Source of the DNA: Gammaproteobacteria bacterium
Lineage (GTDB): Bacteria > Pseudomonadota > Gammaproteobacteria > CBDBNL01 > JAAOII01
Reading direction: 5' to 3'
Assembly (NCBI GenBank): GCA_965209035.1
Contig: OZ242372.1
Span: 224,001-288,000 of the forward strand
DNA: 64,000 nucleotides
Positions within the stretch are counted from its first letter, which is position 1, and each line of letters starts with the position of its first letter. The position numbers and the translations under genes were made by a program. Shown one piece after another: positions 39,153-47,906 of this stretch. The notes under the pieces were generated by a model, which searched no databases, had not been told where the DNA came from, and saw nothing but the letters and a program-made list of their open reading frames with translations.

Positions 39153-39944
39153 TCATGCATCCGGGGCATCGGGCGGGGCAGGAATTCCGAATAGCGGCAC
39201 AGATCCCGGCGGCGAACCGTCATCATCATCCGAGTCATCGGACGGTTTGGACGGGTCGGGTGGCGGTGCGAAGCTCGGCGACGGACCGCCAGCCTCCGGA
39301 TAGCGGCGCGGCTCGGGTGTTTCCGGCGGCACCTGATCCGCAAAACAAGCAGCCTGGATATGTTCTCCCTTGACAAGAAGATGCTTAGGATCGCGAAACC
39401 GGGTATTGGGAGACGGCGGCAAGATCCTCAGCAGCTCCGTTTGTTCTTCGGCAGCAAATTCAAAAAGAGGCTCAAAATCCGTATCGCCACTTACCAAAAT
39501 AATTTTAGGATGTGTATTCCGGCAAATACTCACGGCAATTTTCAAGGCGATATTCACATCCGTTTCTTTTTCTTTATACGGTTTGTACTTCGGAATATGT
39601 TTTTTGCAATGCGGGCAACAATAACCGGCATCGCCGGACCTGGAAAACCGACCCATCACGGAGACGAACTTTTCCCCGTATCTCTTGGCATGATAGTCCG
39701 TGTAAATTTCCTGAACTTTTTGTTGTTCTTTGGAACCGGGCGACTCATAAGCCGCACTGCAATAGTAAAGTTTGTCTATTACTTCTTCTCCTTCCTTGAG
39801 ATGCCAATCGACTAATTGAAACAGATCATACCAAAGATAACTGTTATCTCCGTGGAGATATTTTTGGACAAAATCACAAACCGAGTAATACAGATTGTAA
39901 CCGTCCACAAAAACCAACACCTTTTTTTCAGTCATCTTTTGCAA
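39153..39944 (-). CDS. NYN-domain (LabA/DUF88, PIN-like) protein with CxxC insert and Pro/Asp-rich tail
   Basis: VFVDGYNLY, KEKETDVNIA, LVSGDTDF motifs; CPHC. Confidence 0.88.
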   Translation of the reverse strand: MQKMTEKKVLVFVDGYNLYYSVCDFVQKYLHGDNSYLWYDLFQLVDWHLKEGEEVIDKLYYCSAAYESPGSKEQQKVQEIYTDYHAKRYGEKFVSVMGRFSRSGDAGYCCPHCKKHIPKYKPYKEKETDVNIALKIAVSICRNTHPKIILVSGDTDFEPLFEFAAEEQTELLRILPPSPNTRFRDPKHLLVKGEHIQAACFADQVPPETPEPRRYPEAGGPSPSFAPPPDPSKPSDDSDDDDGSPPGSVPLFGIPAPPDAPDA

Positions 39945-40106
39945 TCTTCATATTATGATTTCCATTAATTTAACTGTTGCTTTTTATTATATCCAATAGC
40001 CGCCCCAATAAACTCTTTCAACATTTCTGTTCCCGTCCCCGTTCCGGCTCTCTTAATGTTTATCTCTATGTTTATCTCTGCGGAAAGAAAGAGCCTTTAT
40101 AGGTAT

Positions 40107-41621
40107 TTATTTTGTTTCTTCGCTCAGATCCAACAGATAAAAAGCAAACCTCGGGCTCGGCACCGCATACAAACTCATATTCGCGGAACCCAAATATTGC
40201 GGTGCCGTCTCCGACTGAGCCAACACGGGCGGTCTCGGATTGCGAAAACTGCCAAGGATGACAGGTTCTAACTCATCCGCGCTAAAACGCATATAAGCAT
40301 AGTGATTCTGACGCCCTGTCAAATGCCGATAAGGCAAGAGTTCCCCGGTGGCATAAGACAGGACCGCATGATCCATATAACTGCGTCCCATCAAGTGCGC
40401 ATCGGGATATTCTTCTTTCAGTTCGGATATTTTGGTTCTCAGTGAATCGTAATCAAAAAAGCGGGCGGCAAGAAGTGAATCCGTATAAGGATTGCGCCAC
40501 AATAAAATCACCCACAGACAGGCAAGAATCAACATATGAAAAGCATAATGACCCCGCAATATAACATCCGGCTGTTTTTTCCCCGTTCGGGTTACCGCGA
40601 AAAAGAGAACAACAAGAATGTAAGCGGAAAATACCATCCAATTCAATTCTATCTTGTTAGAAACGGAAAGTGCAAAAAAGAAAATAAGAGGCAGATAGCC
40701 CGCAAAAGCCAGATGCGCGAATTGCCGGTTTTGCCGGGAAAAGACAAGTCGCCAAACAACAAATGGGCCGATTGCCAACAAAAGGCCCGCCAAAACCTCG
40801 GGCAAGTAAAAGGATCCGCCGCTCAGCGATTGCCCCCGCCCCTGCCCCGCAGATTCCCGCGCCGAGTTCAGCAAATGCATCCCCTGATAGTAAAAAGAAT
40901 CACCGCTATAAACAAGGTTCCACCATAAAACGGGAGAAAAAATAAGAAATGCCAACAGCATCGCCAACCAGGGTTGCCCGCTTTGCAAAATATGACGCCG
41001 ACCGCTGCGGGTGGCAAGCACCCAAAGGAACGCAGACCCGCCCCACAGGATCGCATTGTATTTTGAAAGAAGCGCCGCCCCAAACCACAGACCGCACCAT
41101 ATCCAATCCCTGTTGCCTGTCTTTCCGCAATATGCCTTGTGAAAACTGAAGAGAAACAATGCCAAAAACAAACACAAGGGGGCATCCGGCGTCCATATCG
41201 CCGCATTCACAAAAACCATCGGTGTCACCAACATCGCATAACCAAAGAGCAATACGGATTTTCTATCCCTTGTCAGGTTAAACAACAGGCATGCCAAAAC
41301 GGCACTCGTCAAAACACCGCAGACATTGGCAAGCAAGCGCAGTTGTTCGCCGCCAATAGGTCCGCCCCCGGCAAGAGCGGACGGCAACCAGGCAACCATA
41401 GGCGGATGATCGTAATAAGACCAAGACAACCGCTGTGTCCAGGTCCAATAATAGGCCTCATCCGGATGCAGCGGCAGTTCTCGGTAAAACAAGTAACGGA
41501 AAATTAACGGCAACACAAGAAACACCAAAACAAGATGTGCGCCATATGCCGGCCGCCAAAGTCTTAAATTCGGGTAGGAGTTAATTTTTTCAAACATCAC
41601 AAACATCATTGCCAATTCCAA
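40107..41621 (-). CDS. ArnT/PMT-like (GT39/GT83) membrane glycosyltransferase
   Basis: PDEAYYWTW, YYDHPPMVAW, TPDAPL, LSKY, SPVLWWN; polytopic. Confidence 0.88.
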   Translation of the reverse strand: MELAMMFVMFEKINSYPNLRLWRPAYGAHLVLVFLVLPLIFRYLFYRELPLHPDEAYYWTWTQRLSWSYYDHPPMVAWLPSALAGGGPIGGEQLRLLANVCGVLTSAVLACLLFNLTRDRKSVLLFGYAMLVTPMVFVNAAIWTPDAPLCLFLALFLFSFHKAYCGKTGNRDWIWCGLWFGAALLSKYNAILWGGSAFLWVLATRSGRRHILQSGQPWLAMLLAFLIFSPVLWWNLVYSGDSFYYQGMHLLNSARESAGQGRGQSLSGGSFYLPEVLAGLLLAIGPFVVWRLVFSRQNRQFAHLAFAGYLPLIFFFALSVSNKIELNWMVFSAYILVVLFFAVTRTGKKQPDVILRGHYAFHMLILACLWVILLWRNPYTDSLLAARFFDYDSLRTKISELKEEYPDAHLMGRSYMDHAVLSYATGELLPYRHLTGRQNHYAYMRFSADELEPVILGSFRNPRPPVLAQSETAPQYLGSANMSLYAVPSPRFAFYLLDLSEETK

Positions 41622-41659
41622 AAAGTGCTGTCTTTCTCATCGGCGACACAAACAAGAGA

Positions 41660-42367
41660 TTAATTAAAACGCCAAACAAACTGCAAAAAATTGTACTCAA
41701 AGTTTGGGAAGCCCGCCTTCTCTCCTCCCGCCACCTTTAAAGAAACTTCCGGATACCACCGAAACACCGAGCGCAGCATCCAACGACTGCGCATGGAAGG
41801 CAACAGATCCCAACCGCCGACAAACCCCCAATGGGCATAGTATCTTCTGTAATTCTTGCCACTCTCCGGCGAATACCTCAGTTCGTCATAATTAAGACTA
41901 ACACCTACGAACGGGGAAAAACCGCGCACATAAGCATAGGATTCCAAAAGATCCAAACTATAGGCATGCCGTCCGAATGTATGTGTTCCATCGTCTGCGG
42001 ATACTTCAAATTGAAACGGCCTGTATGCCAGTTGCACAAAAGATTTTTGCCCCGGCTTGGCATAACTGCGCTTCCAAATAAATCCAATATCCCACTCCGT
42101 ATTGAGAATCGCCTCATCCGTCATCCGGTCCGCACCGGCCGTGCCGACCGAAGCGGCGATGCCCAGGCTTCCGTATGCATAGATCCCCTGATCCAACGGC
42201 TCCCGCTGTTCGGCAAACACGAATATGGGAGTCAACATAACAAAAATCAAAGTCAATAACTGTGCGGCTCTTTTTAAGATGCGGGCAAAGAACGGGATTG
42301 CAAACGGGGGCTTATTCAAGATGTTTAAGATGTTTAAGATGCTTAAGAGGTTTAAGATGTTTGACAT
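41660..42367 (-). CDS. Putative outer-membrane beta-barrel protein (start uncertain)
   Basis: Signal-like segment ending VFA; aromatic amphipathic strands; C-terminal FLQFVWRFN. Confidence 0.55.
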   Translation of the reverse strand: MSNILNLLSILNILNILNKPPFAIPFFARILKRAAQLLTLIFVMLTPIFVFAEQREPLDQGIYAYGSLGIAASVGTAGADRMTDEAILNTEWDIGFIWKRSYAKPGQKSFVQLAYRPFQFEVSADDGTHTFGRHAYSLDLLESYAYVRGFSPFVGVSLNYDELRYSPESGKNYRRYYAHWGFVGGWDLLPSMRSRWMLRSVFRWYPEVSLKVAGGEKAGFPNFEYNFLQFVWRFN

Positions 42368-42430
42368 TAATTTTATTATACTGATACAAACCCGTCTCGT
42401 CCCTCGCCGGAAATTTCCGGCCATCGGCAA

Positions 42431-42481
42431 GCATTTGGGGAGAACATTTGGAGAGAACATTTGGGGAGAACATTTGGAGAG
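42431..42481. repeat. 12-bp tandem repeat (catttgg[g/a]gagaa-type, about 4 copies)
   Basis: Direct inspection. Confidence 0.85.
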
Positions 42482-42539
42482 AGCATTGCGGTGCGAACAA
42501 ACACCGGGGTTTTGCTCATCGGTTCCAAAGAGCGTTTTC

Positions 42540-43562
42540 TTAAAATTCCCGCGGCAATCTCAACTTCAAACTGCGACCGGTCTTAAGAGATTCCTTTGCC
42601 ATCTGTGCCAAGTAAATAGCATTCACCCCGTCTATGGAGCGAAGTTCTTTTAAGAGTTTTTGATCCCCGGCAAGTGCCCGCACAAAACCCGTCAATTCCT
42701 GTTTATAAGATTGGGCGTATCTTTCCATAAAAAAGTGTTTTAGCGGTGCTCTGTGAATCCCGTTTTTGTTCGCCAAAATTAAATGATCCCTTTTTTGATT
42801 TGCGGTCTGCAGCATCCCTTTGGAACCAAAGATCTCTATACGCTGATCGTAACCATAGCAGGCGCGCAGACTGTTATGAATAGAAACCAAACAACCGCTT
42901 GCGGTCTTCATACTAATGAGCGCGCTGTCCGCATCTCCCGTCTCCCCCGCCTCCCCTGTGAGCGCGCCCGTTAGCACAGACGCCATTACGGCCAGACTCT
43001 CCGGCGGATCCGGCATCAAATGCAAAGCCATATCAAAATCGTGAATTGTCATGTCCATGAAAAGACCGCCCCATTGCCGGATATAAGCAAGCGGTGGCGG
43101 AGCCGGATCGCGACTGATAACCCGAATATGCTCCAAGCTGCCGACAGTTCGGATGCTCTCTTTTAGGAGAATATTGTCCCGATCAAACCTTCGATTAAAA
43201 CCGACCATCACCCTTCCGTCGTGCCGCTGGACATAAGAAGTACAATCCAACGCCTCTTGCAAGTTGCCGCACAAAGGCTTTTCACAGAAGACCGCCTTGC
43301 CGGCCCGCACCGCCCGCTTAATCATACCGCTATGTGTCGGCGTTGGCGTGCATAAAATTAAAAGGTCTGTTTTTTTATCCGCCAAAATCTCTTCCAAGTC
43401 ATGCGCCGGCGTGACATCGTATTTTTTGCACATCCGGGCAAGGAGAATCGGATTCGCTTCCGCAAGATAAGTCAGTCGGGCAGTCGGCATCACCGCAAGA
43501 TTTTCAGCGTGCAAGGAACCGATGCGTCCCAGCCCCAAAACCGCACAACCGATCGTCTTCAT
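42540..43562 (-). CDS. iolG: Inositol 2-dehydrogenase-like, diverged duplicate
   Basis: GLGRIG, FCEKP, GFNRRFD, SRDP, DMTIHDFD, YGYDQRIE; paralog of 45908..46921. Confidence 0.9.
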   Translation of the reverse strand: MKTIGCAVLGLGRIGSLHAENLAVMPTARLTYLAEANPILLARMCKKYDVTPAHDLEEILADKKTDLLILCTPTPTHSGMIKRAVRAGKAVFCEKPLCGNLQEALDCTSYVQRHDGRVMVGFNRRFDRDNILLKESIRTVGSLEHIRVISRDPAPPPLAYIRQWGGLFMDMTIHDFDMALHLMPDPPESLAVMASVLTGALTGEAGETGDADSALISMKTASGCLVSIHNSLRACYGYDQRIEIFGSKGMLQTANQKRDHLILANKNGIHRAPLKHFFMERYAQSYKQELTGFVRALAGDQKLLKELRSIDGVNAIYLAQMAKESLKTGRSLKLRLPREF

Positions 43563-43762
43563 TACAGTCGTTTAACGCGGCCGGATAAGTTATTCAAACG
43601 GGTGTGTTTGGTGATCTGTTGCGCGCTGTGCTTCGCGCACCTCGTGATGTCTTCCGCGCTCGGCTTCCCACCCAGATTCCCGCTGTCCCGGATCGGCAAG
43701 AAGCACATCCGCATGCCCGAATGCTCGGCGTTACCAGTTGCCACTCTCAAATGTTTTGCCAT
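43562..43762 (-). CDS. Small hypothetical ORF sharing its first 15 aa with 43807..44115
   Basis: MAKHLRVATGNAEHS start within a 67-bp repeat; stop overlaps the iolG start. Confidence 0.3.
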   Translation of the reverse strand: MAKHLRVATGNAEHSGMRMCFLPIRDSGNLGGKPSAEDITRCAKHSAQQITKHTRLNNLSGRVKRL

Positions 43763-44136
43763 TAAAACACCGGATGAATAAAAATAACGCCGAACTTGAC
43801 CCCGGCCTAAAAAGCCGATGTAATGGTAAGAGTTAAAAGCACTACTATGACCATATAATTCAAGCCAAAAATTGCTCCCGCCGCAATCATAGTCCAATCC
43901 AATAACTTGATCTCCCTACGTCGCAGAGCCAGTGCTCTTTGAATAGCTGCCGCTAATCGCTCTTGTTCTTTGCGGTGGCGTTCCTCGCGTGCGTCACGTT
44001 CAGCCTTCTGTTGTGCATCACGTACTTCGCGCTCGGCCTCGCGCTGTTCCAGCCCGGCAAGAAACGCAGCCGAATGCTCGGCGTTACCGGTTGCCACTCT
44101 TAAATGTTTTGCCATTACAACACCGGATGAATAAAA
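43717..44136. repeat. 67-bp direct repeat pair (43717-43783 and 44070-44136)
   Basis: ccgaatgctcggcgttacc...caccggatgaataaaa, 3 mismatches. Confidence 0.9.
43807..44115 (-). CDS. Small coiled-coil protein with C-terminal TM anchor
   Basis: Charged E/R/A helix followed by a hydrophobic tail. Confidence 0.5.
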   Translation of the reverse strand: MAKHLRVATGNAEHSAAFLAGLEQREAEREVRDAQQKAERDAREERHRKEQERLAAAIQRALALRRREIKLLDWTMIAAGAIFGLNYMVIVVLLTLTITSAF

Positions 44137-44249
44137 ATTACGCGGAAATTTTTTCCGCCGAATACATGCTCCAGCCGGCTAATAGGCTCCGCAACCTAAA
44201 ATAAAACATACTTTAATTATATCAAAAAATCTTGCTTATAATTAACCTT

Positions 44250-45128
44250 ATGGAAACAGAAAAACATCTTTTAAGACCGCAACAACAAGGGCAATATCTT
44301 CATAAAATCAGTGCGCAAGATTATGCTTGGCGTTTCTTGGATTTTGCGGTACTGCATCTGACCGAGGGCTCCCGTTTTGAAATCCCTGCCGACAACAAAG
44401 AAAAAGCCCTGGTTCCGCTAAGCGGGCAATTTGGTGTCCAAACCGAATCGGCAACATTTTCGCTAAAACGCAAAAGTGTCTTTGAAGAGATGCCGCATGT
44501 CCTGTACTTGCCGCCGGGTATTCGGGGCGAAGTAACCGCAAACACCTCTTGTGAATTCGCCATAGGCGGTGCGCCCGCCACCGGCAAGTATCCCCTTCGT
44601 TGTTTTTCACCGGACGAGATGAAAAGAGAGGTGCGCGGTGGCGGCCCCGCCAAACGGCAAGTTAACCATGTTCTGGCATACCCGTTACCCGCCGAGAAAC
44701 TCATTTTGTTTGAGGTGCATGTTCCCGGCGGCGCATGGGCGGGATGGCCGCCGCACTGCCACGACGGTTTTGACGGCTCGGCTTACCTGGAAGAAACCTA
44801 TTTTTTTAGATTTCTGCCCGAAGAACACGGGTTTGGTTTTCAACGCAATTATCGGACGGACGAGCCTTTCAACGAAACCTTTACGGTGCGTCATAATGAT
44901 CTGGTGTTGGTAACCAAAGGATTTCATCCGACCGTCACCTCGCCGGGCAGCCGGATGTTCTTTCTGAATTACCTGGCGGGCGACCCGACCGATGCCGAAA
45001 GAGCAAGACCTCCGCTTGATGACCGGGATTGGACCCATATGAAAGAAAGCGAGGATTCTTGGAATGAAAACAGGTTTGAACTGCCGGCGTTTGACCGGGA
45101 CGGCAAGGCAGTTCATCCGAAGGATTAA
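44250..45128 (+). CDS. iolB: 5-deoxy-glucuronate isomerase
   Basis: EVRGGG, WAGWPPHCHD, YLEETYFF, GFHP, LNYLAG; iol context. Confidence 0.9.
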   Translation: METEKHLLRPQQQGQYLHKISAQDYAWRFLDFAVLHLTEGSRFEIPADNKEKALVPLSGQFGVQTESATFSLKRKSVFEEMPHVLYLPPGIRGEVTANTSCEFAIGGAPATGKYPLRCFSPDEMKREVRGGGPAKRQVNHVLAYPLPAEKLILFEVHVPGGAWAGWPPHCHDGFDGSAYLEETYFFRFLPEEHGFGFQRNYRTDEPFNETFTVRHNDLVLVTKGFHPTVTSPGSRMFFLNYLAGDPTDAERARPPLDDRDWTHMKESEDSWNENRFELPAFDRDGKAVHPKD

Positions 45129-45210
45129 TTTTTTGATTTTTAACGCGGAAGTTTTTATTAGTACCTTAATCCGCGGCAATTTACCCGGCTTCATTTTGCC
45201 GGGTGTCTTT

Positions 45211-45885
45211 TTAACCGGCTTTTATAGACTCCGGCAAGTCGGCAAAACGATTCAAAATTAAAGTAGGTTCCCTTTCCCAAGGATCCAAAACCACCGTCGG
45301 GTTTCTTTGAATCCAAACAGCCTTCATTCCAAAGAACACAGCCCCAAGAACATCAAAGGAGTTGGCGGAGACAAGCCACACATTCTCCGGCAGACAGCCC
45401 GCCCGTTTGGCAAAATGCCGATACACAGCCGGATCCGGCTTAAAACTTGACACTTCTTCCGTGCTGACGATGTCCCGAAAATGATGGAGAATATTGGCAT
45501 CCCGCAACAGAGTTTTGACGGCGGCGGCGGGACCGTTTGAAAAGGCAAAGAGCGAATAATCCTCATCCCGTAATTTTTGAAGGGTCGGCGCAACATCCGG
45601 GAAAGCGGGCAGAGTTGCATAAGCACTCATCAAGACTTCCATATCCTCCGGACTCAAAGCAACCCCATAGTAAGCGGCGGTGTACTCCAAAGATTGTCGG
45701 GTGCATTCGGTAAAACTGACATAGCATTTCATCAGCCCCCGCCGAAAAGAATATTCCAATTGTTTGGCGCGCCACAGGCGAGAAAACGAAACAGGATCCT
45801 GCGTGTGTTCGCTCAGTGCTTTCTCGACGCCATTGATATCTGTCAGCGTGCCGTAAACATCAAACGCCAGGACCTTCTTGCTCAT
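45211..45885 (-). CDS. Haloacid dehalogenase type II-like HAD hydrolase
   Basis: FDVYGTL, WRAKQLEYS, FSNG, FKPDP.VY, LVSANSFDV. Confidence 0.9.
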   Translation of the reverse strand: MSKKVLAFDVYGTLTDINGVEKALSEHTQDPVSFSRLWRAKQLEYSFRRGLMKCYVSFTECTRQSLEYTAAYYGVALSPEDMEVLMSAYATLPAFPDVAPTLQKLRDEDYSLFAFSNGPAAAVKTLLRDANILHHFRDIVSTEEVSSFKPDPAVYRHFAKRAGCLPENVWLVSANSFDVLGAVFFGMKAVWIQRNPTVVLDPWEREPTLILNRFADLPESIKAG

Positions 45886-45907
45886 TGTGATTCCAAAGAG
45901 CGTCTTC

Positions 45908-46921
45908 TTAAAATTCCTGCGGTAGTCTCAACTTCAAACTGCGACCGGCCTTAAGAGATTCCTTTGCCATCTGTGCCAAGTACATAGCGTTCACCCCGTC
46001 TATGGAACAAAGTTCTTTTAAGAGTTTTTGATCCCCCGCAAGAGCCCGGATAAAACCCGCCAATTCCTCCGTATAAGATTGGGCGTATCTTTCCAGAAAA
46101 AAGTGTTTTAAGGCCGCCCTGTGAATCCCGCTTTTGTTCGCCAAAATCAAATGATCCTTTTTTTGATTTGCGGTCTGCAGCATCCCCTTGGAACCAAAGA
46201 TCTCTATACGCTGATCGTAACCATAGCTGGCGCGCCGACTGTTATGAATAGAGACCAAACAGCCGCTTACGGTCTTCATACTAACGAGCGCGCTGTCCAT
46301 ATCGCCCGCCTCCCCTATGGACGCATCCGTCAGCACAGATGCCATTACGGTCAGTCTCTCCGGCGGATCCGGCATCAAATGCAAAGCCATATCAAAATCG
46401 TGAATTGTCATGTCCATGAAAAGGCCGCCCGATTGCCGGATATAAGCAAGCGGCGGCGGAGCCGGATCGCGGCTAATAATTTGAATATGCTCCAAGCTGC
46501 CAACAGTGCGGCTGCTCTCTTTTAGAAGAATATTATCCGGATCAAACCTGCGGTTAAAACCGACCATCATCTTGCCGCCGTGCCGCCGGACATAAGAAAC
46601 ACAATCCAACGCCTCTTGCAAACTGCCACACAAAGGCTTTTCGCAAAAGACCGCCTTGCCGGCCCGCACCGCTCGCTTAATCATACCGCTATGTGTCGGC
46701 GTCGGCGTGCATAAAACTAAAAGTTCTGTTTTTTCATCCGCCAAAATCTCTTCCAAGTTATGAGCCGGCGCAACATCGTATTTTTTGCAGATCTTGGCAA
46801 GGACACTCGGATTCTCTTCCGCAAGATAAGTCAGTCGGGCAGTCGGCATCACCGCAAGATTTGCAACATGCAAAGAGCCGATGCGACCCAGCCCCAAAAC
46901 CGCACAACCGATCGTCTTCAT
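45908..46921 (-). CDS. iolG: Inositol 2-dehydrogenase
   Basis: GLGRIG, CEKP, GFNRRFDP, SGGLFMDMTIHDFD, NSRRASYGYDQRIE. Confidence 0.93.
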   Translation of the reverse strand: MKTIGCAVLGLGRIGSLHVANLAVMPTARLTYLAEENPSVLAKICKKYDVAPAHNLEEILADEKTELLVLCTPTPTHSGMIKRAVRAGKAVFCEKPLCGSLQEALDCVSYVRRHGGKMMVGFNRRFDPDNILLKESSRTVGSLEHIQIISRDPAPPPLAYIRQSGGLFMDMTIHDFDMALHLMPDPPERLTVMASVLTDASIGEAGDMDSALVSMKTVSGCLVSIHNSRRASYGYDQRIEIFGSKGMLQTANQKKDHLILANKSGIHRAALKHFFLERYAQSYTEELAGFIRALAGDQKLLKELCSIDGVNAMYLAQMAKESLKAGRSLKLRLPQEF

Positions 46922-47017
46922 TACGGTCGTTTACCGCGGCCGGATAAGTGATTCAAAATGAGGAGCAAGAAAAAATCTGCGTTACTCTTGCTCTTGCCCT
47001 TACTCTTGCCCTTGCCT

Positions 47018-47890
47018 TTATAAGGACGAGCGAATAAAATCAGCCGCCTGTTTTGCCAGAGGAGCCGGCGGCGCCTTGCTCGGGTCCTGTTCCGCTTCCA
47101 CTACCAACCAGCCGTTGTAATCGGCAAGGCGGATTTCATTCAAGATAGAGACAAAATCCAACCCGCCGTCGCTCGGCACGGTAAATGTTCCGTTAATCAC
47201 CCCGTCCATAAAGCTGCTGTCCTCGTTCTTAACATGGGTGATTTCCGCGGGGCGCACATCTTTGAGATGAATATGATTGATGCGCTCCCGATACAACCGA
47301 AAGATTTCTTTCGGATCGGCACCCGCATAGAACAAATGCCCCGTATCAAACAACAGGTTAACTTCCCGGGTGCCTTCCAACATTTTGGCAATATCTTCGG
47401 CGGTTTCCACTACAGTCCCCATATGTGCATGATAACTCAGTTCCAAACCAATATCCTTTGTTCGGCGAGCCAGTTCATCCAATCGCCTTAAAAACATCCG
47501 CCATTCGTCTTTTGATAATTTGCGTCTCCGCGACACAGGGCACTTTCTGTCCGAATGCACACTGCTGCCAATTGTTTCCGCCACGATAACCCGGTTGCAA
47601 TGCATGCCGATTAACAGATCGCGATGCGCTTGCATGACTTGGAATTCCGCAGCCGCATCTCGTCCCAGAAGCCCGGCGTCATACCAGCCACTGGCAAGTT
47701 TCAACCCGTGCGGTTCCAAAAGCGCACTCAGGGCATCCGCCCGTTTGGGGAACTGCGCTCCCATTTCCACGCCGTCATAACCCGCGGCGGCCGCCTCGGT
47801 AAAAAACTTCTCCAAAGAATTCTCTTTGCCTAGCTCCGGCATATCGTCATTACGCCAGTTGATCGGGCTCACCGCCAATTCGTATCTCAT
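47018..47890 (-). CDS. iolE: myo-inosose-2 dehydratase
   Basis: SPINWRNDDMPELG, HMGTVVE, DTGH, HLKDVR, WLVVEAEQDP. Confidence 0.95.
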   Translation of the reverse strand: MRYELAVSPINWRNDDMPELGKENSLEKFFTEAAAAGYDGVEMGAQFPKRADALSALLEPHGLKLASGWYDAGLLGRDAAAEFQVMQAHRDLLIGMHCNRVIVAETIGSSVHSDRKCPVSRRRKLSKDEWRMFLRRLDELARRTKDIGLELSYHAHMGTVVETAEDIAKMLEGTREVNLLFDTGHLFYAGADPKEIFRLYRERINHIHLKDVRPAEITHVKNEDSSFMDGVINGTFTVPSDGGLDFVSILNEIRLADYNGWLVVEAEQDPSKAPPAPLAKQAADFIRSSL

Positions 47891-47906
47891 CGCAGTTTCT
47901 GTTAAC

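Noticed and set aside
43562-43762. Uracil-DNA glycosylase remnant (KPSAEDITRC)
   Set aside because: The resemblance covers about 10 residues only, which is insufficient to call.
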